In this document: piece by piece, positions 53,799 to 63,608 of the stretch
Layout: each line of letters begins with the position of its first letter
How positions within the stretch are numbered: the stretch's first letter is position 1
Assembly (NCBI GenBank): GCA_964505635.1
Contig: CAZDIP010000001.1
Location: 40,174 to 104,173 of the forward strand
Source of the DNA: an uncultured Candidatus Saccharibacteria bacterium
Lineage (GTDB): Bacteria > Patescibacteriota > Doudnabacteria > UBA920
Direction: 5' to 3'
DNA: 64,000 bases
The notes under the pieces: generated by a model
Told to the model about the DNA's origin: nothing
Databases searched by the model: none
Seen by the model: the letters and a program-made list of their open reading frames with translations, nothing else
Made by a program: the position numbers and the translations under genes

Positions 53799-54512
53799 TT
53801 AAGCTCCTTGATCCGGATGCTTTATGATTGTGACGTCGGCAAACAAAGCTTCCTGGTTGGCGACAAAAATTTTCTGCTTGATTAATTCCAGCAAGGCTAA
53901 AAAGGTTACAATAACTTCAGTTTTATTTTTCGCGCTTTGTAAAAGTTCGTTTAAGCTTGTTTGGACGCGGCCTGACAAGTGCTCCCTTAAATGGTCAATT
54001 TTTTCTTGGATAGAAATAGCTTCTTTAACTTTGGCTTTGGGCAAATTATCTAATTCTTTTAACCCAAATAAAACTTTTAAAATAGCCGCGTGGATCTCCT
54101 TGGCGCTTACTGAATTGTCGGGAAAAAAATTAATACGCTGTTCAAAAGTTAATGCTCGCGTGAAGCTTTGGCTTCTTTTAGCATCCAAAACTTTTAAATA
54201 TTTAGAAACTTCCTTAAATTGCCTGTATAAAAGCAACATGCTTTCTAGGTCCTGAGCCGAATCTTCCTCTTCTTTTTCCAGTTCCAAAGTGGGTAAAATA
54301 GCCTTAGATTTAATAACCAAAAGTTTGGCGGCAATGGCTAAATAATCAGCCAGCACCGTCGGGTCAATTTTTTCAAGCTCCTTTAAATATTTTAGAAATT
54401 GTTCGGTAACCTCGGCCAGGGCGATTTGGGTAATATCTAAATGCCGCTGTTCTATTAAAGAAAGCAGTAAATCAAGCGGTCCTTCGAACTGTGAGATTTT
54501 GACTTTTTGCAT
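53799..54512 (-). CDS. scpA: Segregation and condensation protein A
   Basis: FEGPLDLLLSLIEQRHLDITQIALAEVTEQFL. Confidence 0.8.
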   Translation of the reverse strand: MQKVKISQFEGPLDLLLSLIEQRHLDITQIALAEVTEQFLKYLKELEKIDPTVLADYLAIAAKLLVIKSKAILPTLELEKEEEDSAQDLESMLLLYRQFKEVSKYLKVLDAKRSQSFTRALTFEQRINFFPDNSVSAKEIHAAILKVLFGLKELDNLPKAKVKEAISIQEKIDHLREHLSGRVQTSLNELLQSAKNKTEVIVTFLALLELIKQKIFVANQEALFADVTIIKHPDQGA

Positions 54513-54618
54513 TAAGCGAGCTAATGAAGCTTATAGGACTAATAATGCAGATATGACCTATATGTCATAAAAACAAATAGCATGTATAAGACCTGTAAGA
54601 CTTATTAGGTTCATAAAG

Positions 54619-55230
54619 TTACTTTTTTGCTTTACTAAAAGCCCCTTTAATCGGTTTTACCAACTTTTCAAAATCTTTAACAGCCAATTCCACGCTGTGG
54701 GTATAGGTTCCGGCGGAGGCTATTATTTTCTTCGCCTTGCTCATTCCTTTGTCCATCAGCGTCTGTAAATTGTAATGAATCCCGAATGGGTGAAGCAGGC
54801 CGACTTTGGTTTTTAGGTGTTTAGTTATGTCTTTTTCACTGGCCATGCTGACTTTTTTTGCTTTTAAAGCTTTTTTAATACCGTTGAAATCAACGTATTT
54901 GGCAGCCGGCAGGACAATTAGCGCAAAATAGTTATTTTTCGTCATTGCGAGTGCAGCCGAAGCAATCTTTTTCCGCGGTGAGATTGTTTTGTCGGATGCG
55001 CTCCTCGCAATGACAGCAGACGGGGAACCCTCCACTTTGACTAATACCACTTTCGCGATTTCGGAAAGTTTTTTCTTGGTTGTCGCGCCTACGTCATGCG
55101 CTGTAAAAACCACTTTATGCTCCAAGACTTTGTATTTAACCTTAGCCTGGTCTAACAATTTGGTTATCTGGTTTGAAAGGTGTTTTATTTGCTTTTTTGT
55201 TTTGTTATTAAATTTATGTTTCTTTTTCAT
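54619..55230 (-). CDS. YbaK/ProX-type aminoacyl-tRNA deacylase domain protein with an in-frame palindromic insertion
   Basis: KVLEH..VFTA.D..., IAKVVLVK, ALIVLPAAKYVDFNGIKK and GLLHPFG. The insertion is SAVIARSASDKTISPRKKIASAALAMTK. Confidence 0.6.
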   Translation of the reverse strand: MKKKHKFNNKTKKQIKHLSNQITKLLDQAKVKYKVLEHKVVFTAHDVGATTKKKLSEIAKVVLVKVEGSPSAVIARSASDKTISPRKKIASAALAMTKNNYFALIVLPAAKYVDFNGIKKALKAKKVSMASEKDITKHLKTKVGLLHPFGIHYNLQTLMDKGMSKAKKIIASAGTYTHSVELAVKDFEKLVKPIKGAFSKAKK

Positions 55231-55433
55231 AACATTTTGAGTTAAGAAGCTTTTTTTCCGGCTAGCATGTCTTCCAGCTGTTTTATATCTTTTTCCAACC
55301 CTTCAATTATAGCCGGGTTTTCTGGGTCGCTCCCCGGATTTGATCGCAAATCTTCTATTTGCTTTTTGTGGCCTGATATGGCTTTTTCTAATTCTTCAAT
55401 AGAAGCATGTTTCCAAGCCTCGGGATTAATTTG

Positions 55434-57347
55434 CTATTTATTTTTTTCCACAGGTAGATTCAACTTAATATGCAACTCCTTTAGTTGTTTTTCTTCTACA
55501 GTGCCTGGGGCTGACATCATTACGTCTTCGGCCGAACCGTTTTTAGGAAAAGCGATTACTTCACGGATGTTTGGCTCGTTTTCAAGAAGCATTAAAAGCC
55601 TGTCTATGCCAGGAGCAAAACCACCATGTGGGGGAGCGCCATATTCAAATGCGCGAATCATAGCTCCAAATTTTTCATCTACAGTTTCTTTACTGTATCC
55701 GACTAATTCAAATGCTTTATACATTATTTCCGGATTATAGTTTCTAATTGCCCCACTGGAGAGCTCTAGCCCATTAGCAATAATGTCGTATTGGTAGGCG
55801 CGAATGGTAAGGGGGTCCTGGTTGTTTAAAGCATCTAGCCCACCTTGCGGCATTGAAAATGGATTATGCATAAAGTCGAGTTTTCCTTCTTTGTTAAGCT
55901 CATACATAGGAAAGTCGGTAATCCACGCCCAGGCTACAATAGTAGGATCCTTAAGTCCAAATATGTCGCCCATTTTGTCTCTTAGCTTTCCTAATACTTT
56001 GTTTACGAGCGTTTTATCATCCGCGCCAAAGAAAATAATGTCACCGGATTGGGCTTTAAGTTTGTCAATTAGCGCTTTCTTTTCTGCGTCAGAAAATTTG
56101 TTTACTATTGTGCCTGATAAATCACTAATATCGACTGTTTCTAAAGAATGGCCGCTTGATGACATTCCTTTTCCAGCAAATAAGTGCTCTTTTTTTCCAC
56201 ATATTACATATGGTAATCCACCAGCACCTTCTTTTTTTACCATTTCTGTTAATTCATCAATCTGGCTTCGGGTAAGTTTGGCGCCTCCTTGCACGCAAAT
56301 GGCTTTTACAGAGCCGCTATTTTCTATAGCATTGTAAAAAATTTTAAATTCGGTTCCTCTAAAAATATCTGTTAAATCCACCAGCTTCATTTCAAACCTT
56401 AAGTCTGGTCTGTCAGAACCATATTCCTCTAAAGCCTGTAAATAGGGGATTCGTGGAAATGGTTTTTGCATGCATTTTTTGCCTGCAAATTTTTCTGTTA
56501 GTTCTATAAATAAAGGTTCTAGTTCCTGGAAAACTGTTTCGTCACGGTCTGCAAAACTAATTTCAAGGTCTAACTGATAAAATTCGCCAGGAGATCTGTC
56601 GGCTCTCGGGTCTTCGTCACGGAAACATGGGGCTATTTGAAAATATTTTGGAACTCCGCCAACCATTAATAATTGTTTAAATTGCTGGGGAGCTTGTGGA
56701 AGCGCGTAAAATTTACCCGGATGTAAACGGGACGGCACTAAAAAGTCGCGAGCGCCTTCAGGCGAGCTGGAAGTTAGAATTGGAGTGTTTATTTCTATAA
56801 ATCCTTTGTCATCCATCCAGTCGCGGATGTATTTTATCATTTTATGCCTCTTAAGAAGCATGCGCTGCATTTTTTCACGTCGTAAATCTAAGAAACGGTA
56901 TTTAAGGCGAATATCCTCGCCAATGCTTGCTTCTTCACCGTGGCCGTGGGCTATGGGAAAGGGAAGGGGCTTGGAAGAGTTTAAAAGTTGTAAGTTGTAA
57001 GTTGTAAGTTCTACGTTGCCGGTGGGTAAGTTAGGATTTTTTGTGGAATCGCTTCGTTCAACAACTTGGCCGGTGACCGTAATTACAAATTCATCCCTGC
57101 ATTTATCGGCAGCGCTAAAAGCCTCAGCCTGATCGGGGTGGATTGCTAGTTGGACTATGCCGGTGTGGTCGCGGAGGTCAATAAAAATCACGCCGCCATG
57201 GTCGCGTCGTGAATTAACCCAGCCGGACAAACTGACGGTTTGACCAATGCTTTGGGGTGTATGGATTGCTAGTGTTCTTTGCATATGTTTGATGCTGTAT
57301 TTCCCGGTCAAATAATATAAATTTGACGGGATAAATCCGATAGACAA
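55434..57347 (-). CDS. aspS: Aspartate--tRNA ligase
   Basis: OB-fold N-terminus, class II motifs FRDE, GGG.R and the QLDLE-type core. 637 aa. Confidence 0.9.
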   Translation of the reverse strand: MSIGFIPSNLYYLTGKYSIKHMQRTLAIHTPQSIGQTVSLSGWVNSRRDHGGVIFIDLRDHTGIVQLAIHPDQAEAFSAADKCRDEFVITVTGQVVERSDSTKNPNLPTGNVELTTYNLQLLNSSKPLPFPIAHGHGEEASIGEDIRLKYRFLDLRREKMQRMLLKRHKMIKYIRDWMDDKGFIEINTPILTSSSPEGARDFLVPSRLHPGKFYALPQAPQQFKQLLMVGGVPKYFQIAPCFRDEDPRADRSPGEFYQLDLEISFADRDETVFQELEPLFIELTEKFAGKKCMQKPFPRIPYLQALEEYGSDRPDLRFEMKLVDLTDIFRGTEFKIFYNAIENSGSVKAICVQGGAKLTRSQIDELTEMVKKEGAGGLPYVICGKKEHLFAGKGMSSSGHSLETVDISDLSGTIVNKFSDAEKKALIDKLKAQSGDIIFFGADDKTLVNKVLGKLRDKMGDIFGLKDPTIVAWAWITDFPMYELNKEGKLDFMHNPFSMPQGGLDALNNQDPLTIRAYQYDIIANGLELSSGAIRNYNPEIMYKAFELVGYSKETVDEKFGAMIRAFEYGAPPHGGFAPGIDRLLMLLENEPNIREVIAFPKNGSAEDVMMSAPGTVEEKQLKELHIKLNLPVEKNK

Positions 57348-57429
57348 TCGGCACAGCAGTTATTAATTGTGTTTGAATTTTAACACTTTTTGCCACTTTT
57401 GCCAAGGAGATGTTAAACTTTGTTTATGA

Positions 57430-57918
57430 ACGACTTTTGTCGTTTACGTGTAGCTTTTGCGGCAGTAACGTCGTTGGGGCGACCAGCTTTGCAAACGGTA
57501 ACGCATGTTGCCACGCCACTCTCGGTTCGCCTTCAAAACAACGGTATTGTTGGGTTCCGGATACCCGGAACCCTTACGCAGGTAATTCCTTTTAACCCCG
57601 CCCTGGGGCGGAACAGTTCAACTTCTACAAGGAGAGGGAAATGTCAGATTTTCGCAAGCTGTTGATTAGCCTGTTGCAGGGCTTTTGAACAAAGGAGGAA
57701 GGTCAAGGGACTTTGGTAATGTTCTTCGCATCATGAACTAGTAAGTGAAAACCAATTTTCGCATGCGTAGTCTGCGGAGGTTGGAATTCAGACTCTAGTT
57801 TTCGGCCCGCCGCCCCAAGCCGGCCTACCACGCGAGCGATACGCTGCGATGTTTGAATTACAGTATACGCAACTTCGTAGCGTCCCCCCGACTATCTTGG
57901 GTAAGTCGGGGTTTTTAT
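57430..57918 (+). ncRNA. Unassigned structured GC-rich noncoding region ending in an intrinsic terminator (57886-57918)
   Basis: No credible ORF. Many stable hairpins, for example GGTTCCGG-ATAC-CCGGAACC, CCGCC-CTG-GGCGG and the terminator CCCCGAC...GTCGGGG followed by TTTTT. GC is well above the flanks. Confidence 0.35.
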
Positions 57919-58180
57919 TGTGCCTTTTTGGCTACAAAAAATAAATCTGATACACTAAGCTACAGAAGAAGCCTATATACCACTACATAAAACTATAAAA
58001 ATTAAGAAACAAACTTTTGCTGGATTTTGTAGTTTTATGTAGATTTGCATAATTAGTAATTCTGTAGAAATAAAATGACATTAAAAAAATAGTTTTAGAT
58101 TTAGAAACCCATCCATCTTCGCCAAGGCTTCGATGGACTTAGGCGCTATACAAAATATAAAATTAATTTTGTAACATAAA

Positions 58181-58759
58181 ATGTTGAAAAAAATAGTTTT
58201 AGATCTTGAAACCCAGAAGTCTTTTCAGGAAGTCGGGGGGCGGGGAAAAAACAATGTTTTAAAAATCAGCGTTTGTGGAATTTATGATTTTAGCACAGAT
58301 AAGTATTCTATTTATGAAGAATATGAAATTCCCAAACTTAGTTCGCTTTTGCAAACCGCGGATCAAATAATCGGTTTTAACATTAAAGACTTTGACTTTG
58401 AAGTACTGCAGCCATATTTGAATTTTCAGGTTTCCCAAACCCCGTATTTGGATTTGCTAGAGGAAATAGAAAAAACTTTGGGGCACAGAATTAAACTGGA
58501 AGATGTGGCTCAGGGAACTTTAGGCAAGGGTAAAAGCGGGACAGGCCTGGAAGCGATTATGTATTATAAAAACGGGCGCATGGATTTGCTAAAAAAGTAC
58601 TGCCTGGACGATGTTAAGGTTACCAAGCAAATTTACGATTACGCCTTAAAAAATCAAAAAGTGCTTTACAGGGATTTTTTTAAGACCAAAGAAATTGCTT
58701 TAAAAATCAGCGAGCCCAAAGCCCGAGTGGGGGTATTGCACCAGGCAGCGCTTTTTTAG
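58181..58759 (+). CDS. DEDD-family 3'-5' exonuclease (DnaQ-like fold)
   Basis: Exo I VLDLETQ, Exo II IGFNIKDFDFEVL and Exo III YCLDDVKVT. Confidence 0.6.
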   Translation: MLKKIVLDLETQKSFQEVGGRGKNNVLKISVCGIYDFSTDKYSIYEEYEIPKLSSLLQTADQIIGFNIKDFDFEVLQPYLNFQVSQTPYLDLLEEIEKTLGHRIKLEDVAQGTLGKGKSGTGLEAIMYYKNGRMDLLKKYCLDDVKVTKQIYDYALKNQKVLYRDFFKTKEIALKISEPKARVGVLHQAALF

Positions 58760-58809
58760 GTATTAGGCACTAGGTATTAGGTATTAGGCGAAAGCCTTTT
58801 ATTTGCTGC

Positions 58810-59850
58810 GTGTTTCCTAATACAAAAAAAACTTTTTCTTATTTAAGGTGGGCTGTTTTTGCATTGACTTTATACTTTATATTTTATCTTTTATACCGGG
58901 TTTTTTCGGGTTCGTTAATTCTTTCCCAATTTTTTTCTTTAGGGTTTTTAAATATTCGATTTTACGGTATATTTATTGCCCTGGCAGCGGCAGCGGGTTT
59001 TTATCTGGCTTTAGCACGCGCGGAAAAATTTGGAATAGAAAAAAAACAGGCCGAAGATATTTTATTTTGGACGATTATCGCCGGATTTATCGGCGCGCGT
59101 ATCTACCACATATTTTCTTCGTGGCAATTTTATTTAAACCACCCCGCTGATATTTTAAAAGTATGGAACGGCGGCCTCTCTATTTACGGTGCTGTGTTTG
59201 GAGGCGTGCTTTCTTTGGTTTTGTGTCGCAAGCTCTTCACTTTTCACTTTCCGCTTTTCACTTTGTTTAATTGGCTGACCCCGTCTTTAATAGTTGGGCA
59301 AATTATCGGCCGCTTCGGTAATTTTTTTAACTACGAGCTTTTTGGTTATCCGACCACTCTGCCATGGGGTATGTTTGTTCCAAGGCATTTTAGGCCGGTT
59401 GGTTTTGCCGACCAGGTTTTTTTTCACCCTCTTTTTCTGTATGAACAATTAGGACTTGTAGTTATTTTATTTTTTATTTTTTACTTAGAAAAAAAAGCAA
59501 CCAGTGCAGGAACAAATACCCGGTCAGTGGCTTTGAGTCAGCCCGGGGCAAGCCCGGCAGATTTTTTTAAAGGTAATAATGAGGTATTTATAAAAACCGT
59601 GGATGTTTCTCAGAATATTAACATGCAGAACAATGCTCAAAAGTCCAGTTGGGCAAGCTTGTTTTTAAGCTATCTTTTATTGTATAATATATTGAGGTTT
59701 GGACTGGAGTTTTTGCGAATAGACACGGTTTATTTGGGAAATATCAGGCAGAACGCGCTAGTGAGTTTGGTTTTAGCCGTTGTTTCGTTGCTGCTAATTT
59801 ACTCAAGTTTAAGCGCCAAGCAAAGCTTTAGAGAAATAAATGGGCAATAG
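58810..59850 (+). CDS. lgt: Prolipoprotein diacylglyceryl transferase with an inserted ~55 aa low-complexity segment
   Basis: GFIGARIYH, GGLSIYGAVFGG and GRFGNFFNYELFGYPTTLPWGM. Confidence 0.8.
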   Translation: MFPNTKKTFSYLRWAVFALTLYFIFYLLYRVFSGSLILSQFFSLGFLNIRFYGIFIALAAAAGFYLALARAEKFGIEKKQAEDILFWTIIAGFIGARIYHIFSSWQFYLNHPADILKVWNGGLSIYGAVFGGVLSLVLCRKLFTFHFPLFTLFNWLTPSLIVGQIIGRFGNFFNYELFGYPTTLPWGMFVPRHFRPVGFADQVFFHPLFLYEQLGLVVILFFIFYLEKKATSAGTNTRSVALSQPGASPADFFKGNNEVFIKTVDVSQNINMQNNAQKSSWASLFLSYLLLYNILRFGLEFLRIDTVYLGNIRQNALVSLVLAVVSLLLIYSSLSAKQSFREINGQ

Positions 59851-60601
59851 ACGCCACAATTTTATAAGTTTGGGAATAGGGGTTTTGTATTTGGCTGTTT
59901 TGCAAACTTTTTCAACACCGCAGCCGGCGTTTGGGCCGCTAATCATTGGCCTGCTTTTTTTTTCAGGACTACTGTATTCGTATAACCGTTGGTATTTAAG
60001 GCAAAACGAAAAGTGGAATTTATGGCTTGGGCTTCGCGCAATTTTACCTTTGTGGTCTGGATTTGGGATTTTTTTGCTTTTACCCACGCCCTTTTTACGA
60101 GCCGTGTTTTTGTTTTTAAGTATCGGTGTCATTTATCTCCATGAAGTTTTTATAGACAACACCTCGGAAAACGTAACAATTAATTTGTCCACATTGTCGT
60201 TATTTGGTTTTTTCCTGGGCATTTTTGGCCTTAAGCATTATTTTCCGCCAGTAAATTCTTCCTGGTTGTATGTAATTTATCTTTTTTTGATTTGTACAAT
60301 CAGCTATCTAACAAGCAGGATATTTTATGAGTTTACTCCTTTATCTACTGCCCGGAAAAACGCCGCCTCCATAATTATTGCCTTTTTTTCTTCCCAATTG
60401 TTCTGGGCTTTTAGTTTTTTACCCTTTCATTTTTCGGCTTTGGCCGCATTATTTTTTAACATCGTGCTATTGCTGCTCGTGCTTAATTACTATTTTTATT
60501 TCCAAAATTTAACCTACAAAAAATTTCAGTTTACTTTAATGTTAATTTTTATTACCAGCAGCGTGGTTTTGCTAGCCACGCCATGGAGAATTATTAAGTA
60601 A
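59840..60601 (+). CDS. Hypothetical multi-TM membrane protein
   Basis: 253 aa with 7-8 TM helices. Confidence 0.4.
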   Translation: MGNRRHNFISLGIGVLYLAVLQTFSTPQPAFGPLIIGLLFFSGLLYSYNRWYLRQNEKWNLWLGLRAILPLWSGFGIFLLLPTPFLRAVFLFLSIGVIYLHEVFIDNTSENVTINLSTLSLFGFFLGIFGLKHYFPPVNSSWLYVIYLFLICTISYLTSRIFYEFTPLSTARKNAASIIIAFFSSQLFWAFSFLPFHFSALAALFFNIVLLLLVLNYYFYFQNLTYKKFQFTLMLIFITSSVVLLATPWRIIK

Positions 60602-60602
60602 T

Positions 60603-61670
60603 ATGATAAAAAATCGAGACGTCAAACTGGTGCTTATTGCGTGCATTATGGCATTTTTCCTGAATTTATTTTTTGGCAGATACTTGACCGCCAAGTTTTC
60701 TACTTTGCCAATTTTAAATAGGTTTAAAATTATTAATCCTCAGACGCCGATAGTAATAAACACTCGCGAGGAGGTTCGTGTAAATGACAACTCCGATATA
60801 TTAAACGCCAATTCCCAGCTCAGGCAAAAAATTGGGGCGCTTTTTTTGGCCAAAGACAGCAATGCCGAATATTTGGGAACGGTTATTAACTTAACCGACA
60901 ACGGCTTGGTTGTGGGCATGCCGCTAAATTTGCCGACTCAAAAAAAGGACCAGGAGCAATTGTATGTCAAGTTTTATGACGGCAGCTTTGCCAAGGCAAA
61001 AATTATGTCACTTGATCCTTATACCCGTTTGAGTATACTTCAGACAGAGGCTAAAAATTTGCCCGTGGCACATTTTAGCGACTTAAAGCAGTTGCAGCTC
61101 GGGCAAAAGTTAGGGCTCATGTCGGCCGGGCTCAAAGACCAGTCGTCAGAATTTTATACTGTTGAAATTTCGTCTTTTCCAGACCAAAATTTAAGATCGG
61201 ATTATCCAAACTCTCCTTTTTTGTTTAGCACACACGAAAACGCGGCCGTGGGCGCGGTTCTTTTTAACAGCAATGCCGAAGTGGTAGGGCTGTGGGACGG
61301 TAAACAGGTTATTTCCTCAAAAAATTTAAAAACTCTTTTTCAAATTTACACCAAGGATAAAAAACTACAGCGTCCTTTTTTCGGATTTACTTATAAAGTT
61401 TTACAGCCCTGGGAAAAAACTTTGTTTGCTTTCAAAGATTCCGGAATTATAATTTTATCCATCCCGGACACGCAGAATCCGTCCCCCGCTGCAGTTTCCG
61501 GCCTCAAGTCGGGAGATATAATAACCTCAATTGAAGGCGTTTCGTTTTCTGACCCTTGGGCAACGGAAGAGTTTTTACAAAAACTCAGCCCGGGGCAGAA
61601 AGTTTCGTTGAGTGTTTTAAGGGGCGAGCAAAAATTGAACCTAACCTTAACCGCGGGGACTTTAAAATAA
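60603..61670 (+). CDS. PDZ-domain protein with a degenerate trypsin-like (HtrA-like) domain
   Basis: The C-terminal PDZ is GLKSGDIITSIEGVSFSD. The protease-like region lacks the GNSGGP serine motif. Confidence 0.45.
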   Translation: MIKNRDVKLVLIACIMAFFLNLFFGRYLTAKFSTLPILNRFKIINPQTPIVINTREEVRVNDNSDILNANSQLRQKIGALFLAKDSNAEYLGTVINLTDNGLVVGMPLNLPTQKKDQEQLYVKFYDGSFAKAKIMSLDPYTRLSILQTEAKNLPVAHFSDLKQLQLGQKLGLMSAGLKDQSSEFYTVEISSFPDQNLRSDYPNSPFLFSTHENAAVGAVLFNSNAEVVGLWDGKQVISSKNLKTLFQIYTKDKKLQRPFFGFTYKVLQPWEKTLFAFKDSGIIILSIPDTQNPSPAAVSGLKSGDIITSIEGVSFSDPWATEEFLQKLSPGQKVSLSVLRGEQKLNLTLTAGTLK

Positions 61671-61675
61671 GTTGA

Positions 61676-62698
61676 ATGAAAGAACCAGAAAACAAGAAAA
61701 TATTGGTAACAGGAGGAGCCGGTTTTATAGGCTCTAACTTCGTACATTATTGGGTTAATAAGTATCCTAACGACAAGGTAATAGTTTTAGACAAATTAAC
61801 TTATGCGGGCAACCTTTCTAATTTAGAAAGCATAAAAGACAAAGTCAGGTTCGTAAAAGGCGATATTTGCGACCCTAAAATTGTGGATGAAGTAATGAGT
61901 AATTCTGAAATAGTCGTGCACTTTGCCGCGGAAACTCATGTGGATAGGTCAATTGAGGGGCCGGATGAATTTATCCGAACCAATGTCCTGGGAACTCAAA
62001 ATTTATTGGCCTTTGCCCTAAAATACCAAGTAAAAAGGTTTCATCATGTTTCTACCGATGAAGTTTTTGGACAACTGCCCTTAGACAGCAAAGAAAAATG
62101 GACTGAAAGTACCCCTTATAATCCAAGAAGCCCTTATTCGGCCTCAAAAGCAAGTTCCGACCATCTTGTCCGGGCTTACTATCATACCTACGGTTTGCCA
62201 ATAAGCATCACTAACTGTGCAAATAACCTGGGTCCTTTTATGTATCCGGAAAAACTTTTGCCTTTGGCAATCACGAACTTGCTTGAAGGCAAAAAAATCC
62301 CAATTTATGGCAAGGGTAATCAGATAAGGGAATGGCTAAATGTGCGAGACCACTGCACTGCCATAGATTTAATTTTGCAAAAAGGCAAGGCGGGGGAAAC
62401 TTATTTTGTCAGTCCGGATAACCAGGAACTGACAAATTTAGAGGTAGTGAGAATGTTGCTAAAAGTTATGGGCAAAGGGGAAGAAAGTTTGGAGTTTGTA
62501 AAAGATCGCCCCGGACACGATCAAAAATATGCAAATGATCACGGCAAAATTACAGCCGAGCTTGGTTGGAAGCCGAAATACAGTTTAGAGCAGACATTAG
62601 AAGAGCTGGTGGATTGGTATAAGAATAATGTACAGTGGTGGAAAAGCATTAAGTCAGGCGAGTATTTAAAATATTATGAAAAACAGTACGGTAAATAA
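61676..62698 (+). CDS. rfbB: dTDP-glucose 4,6-dehydratase
   Basis: ILVTGGAGFIGSNFV, YSASKASSDHL (YxxxK) and the extended SDR fold. Confidence 0.9.
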   Translation: MKEPENKKILVTGGAGFIGSNFVHYWVNKYPNDKVIVLDKLTYAGNLSNLESIKDKVRFVKGDICDPKIVDEVMSNSEIVVHFAAETHVDRSIEGPDEFIRTNVLGTQNLLAFALKYQVKRFHHVSTDEVFGQLPLDSKEKWTESTPYNPRSPYSASKASSDHLVRAYYHTYGLPISITNCANNLGPFMYPEKLLPLAITNLLEGKKIPIYGKGNQIREWLNVRDHCTAIDLILQKGKAGETYFVSPDNQELTNLEVVRMLLKVMGKGEESLEFVKDRPGHDQKYANDHGKITAELGWKPKYSLEQTLEELVDWYKNNVQWWKSIKSGEYLKYYEKQYGK

Positions 62699-62709
62699 AT
62701 TAAATTTTT

Positions 62710-63552
62710 ATGCAATCTGTACTAATTTTGGGTAACAAGGGCATGCTTGGAGGGGAATTCATGAGGCAGTTTGGCTTAGTGGCTTTGGGCTGGGACAGGG
62801 AGGAAGCCGATGTAACCGACATAGCTGGACTTAGATTAAAAATTTTAAATTTAAATCCCTTGCCCGAGGCCATAGTCAATTGCGTGGCTTATAATGACGT
62901 TGATGGGGCTGAATCAAAAAAAGATTTGGCTTTCTTGCTGAATGCCAAAGTGCCGCAGGATTTGTCCCAAATTAGCAACGAGCTTAATATACCTTTGGTG
63001 CATTTTTCCAGCAACTATGTGTTTGACGGAAAAAAAGAAAGTTACGAAGAGGCTGATTTACCAAATCCTCTTTCAACCTATGGCAGGTCTAAGTTTTCGG
63101 GCGAACAGGCCGTTGCAAGCACGGCCAAAAAATATTATTTAATAAGAACTTCGGTATTATTTGGCCCGAAGGCTCAAAGCGCAGGTAGCAAAAGAAGTTT
63201 TATTGAGCTTATGCAGGATGCCTCTTATAAGCAGGATTTTGTATCTGCTGTAGAAGATGAAGTAAACAGTTTAACCTATGTGGCGGATTTGGTGAAATCT
63301 GTTAGAATTTTACTTGAGACTTCAGCTGAATACGGTATTTATCACATAACTAATTCCGGTCGGGCCAGTTGGTATGATTTTGCAAAAGAAATTTTTAAAA
63401 TTACCAGGCCGGGTTTTCTGGTTAAGCCGGTTAAAGCTGACTTTTTTAAGCGCCCGGCGCAAAGGCCGCAAACCGCAGTCTTGGTGAGTAGAAAACTGCC
63501 GGCATTAAGACCTTGGCAGGAAGCTCTAAGAGAGTTTTTGATAAGCACCTGA
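62710..63552 (+). CDS. rfbD: dTDP-4-dehydrorhamnose reductase
   Basis: N-terminal [12 protein letters not shown] Rossmann motif and YGRSKFSGE (YxxxK). 280 aa. Confidence 0.7.
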   Translation: MQSVLILGNKGMLGGEFMRQFGLVALGWDREEADVTDIAGLRLKILNLNPLPEAIVNCVAYNDVDGAESKKDLAFLLNAKVPQDLSQISNELNIPLVHFSSNYVFDGKKESYEEADLPNPLSTYGRSKFSGEQAVASTAKKYYLIRTSVLFGPKAQSAGSKRSFIELMQDASYKQDFVSAVEDEVNSLTYVADLVKSVRILLETSAEYGIYHITNSGRASWYDFAKEIFKITRPGFLVKPVKADFFKRPAQRPQTAVLVSRKLPALRPWQEALREFLIST

Positions 63553-63608
63553 TAATTAGCAGTATTTTAGTTCTAATTATAGTAATTACTAATAATAATT
63601 TAAAAAAA

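Noticed and set aside
57430-57918. tmRNA (ssrA) for the structured region next to aspS
   Set aside because: I found no 5' GGGG/3' CCCC acceptor pairing, no T-arm GGTTCGA...CCA at the 3' end and no tag ORF ending in AA-stop. It ends in a terminator instead.
58760-58800. Short tandem TAGGTATT repeats between the exonuclease gene and lgt
   Set aside because: It is a low-complexity AT-rich microsatellite in an intergenic spacer. No further structure.
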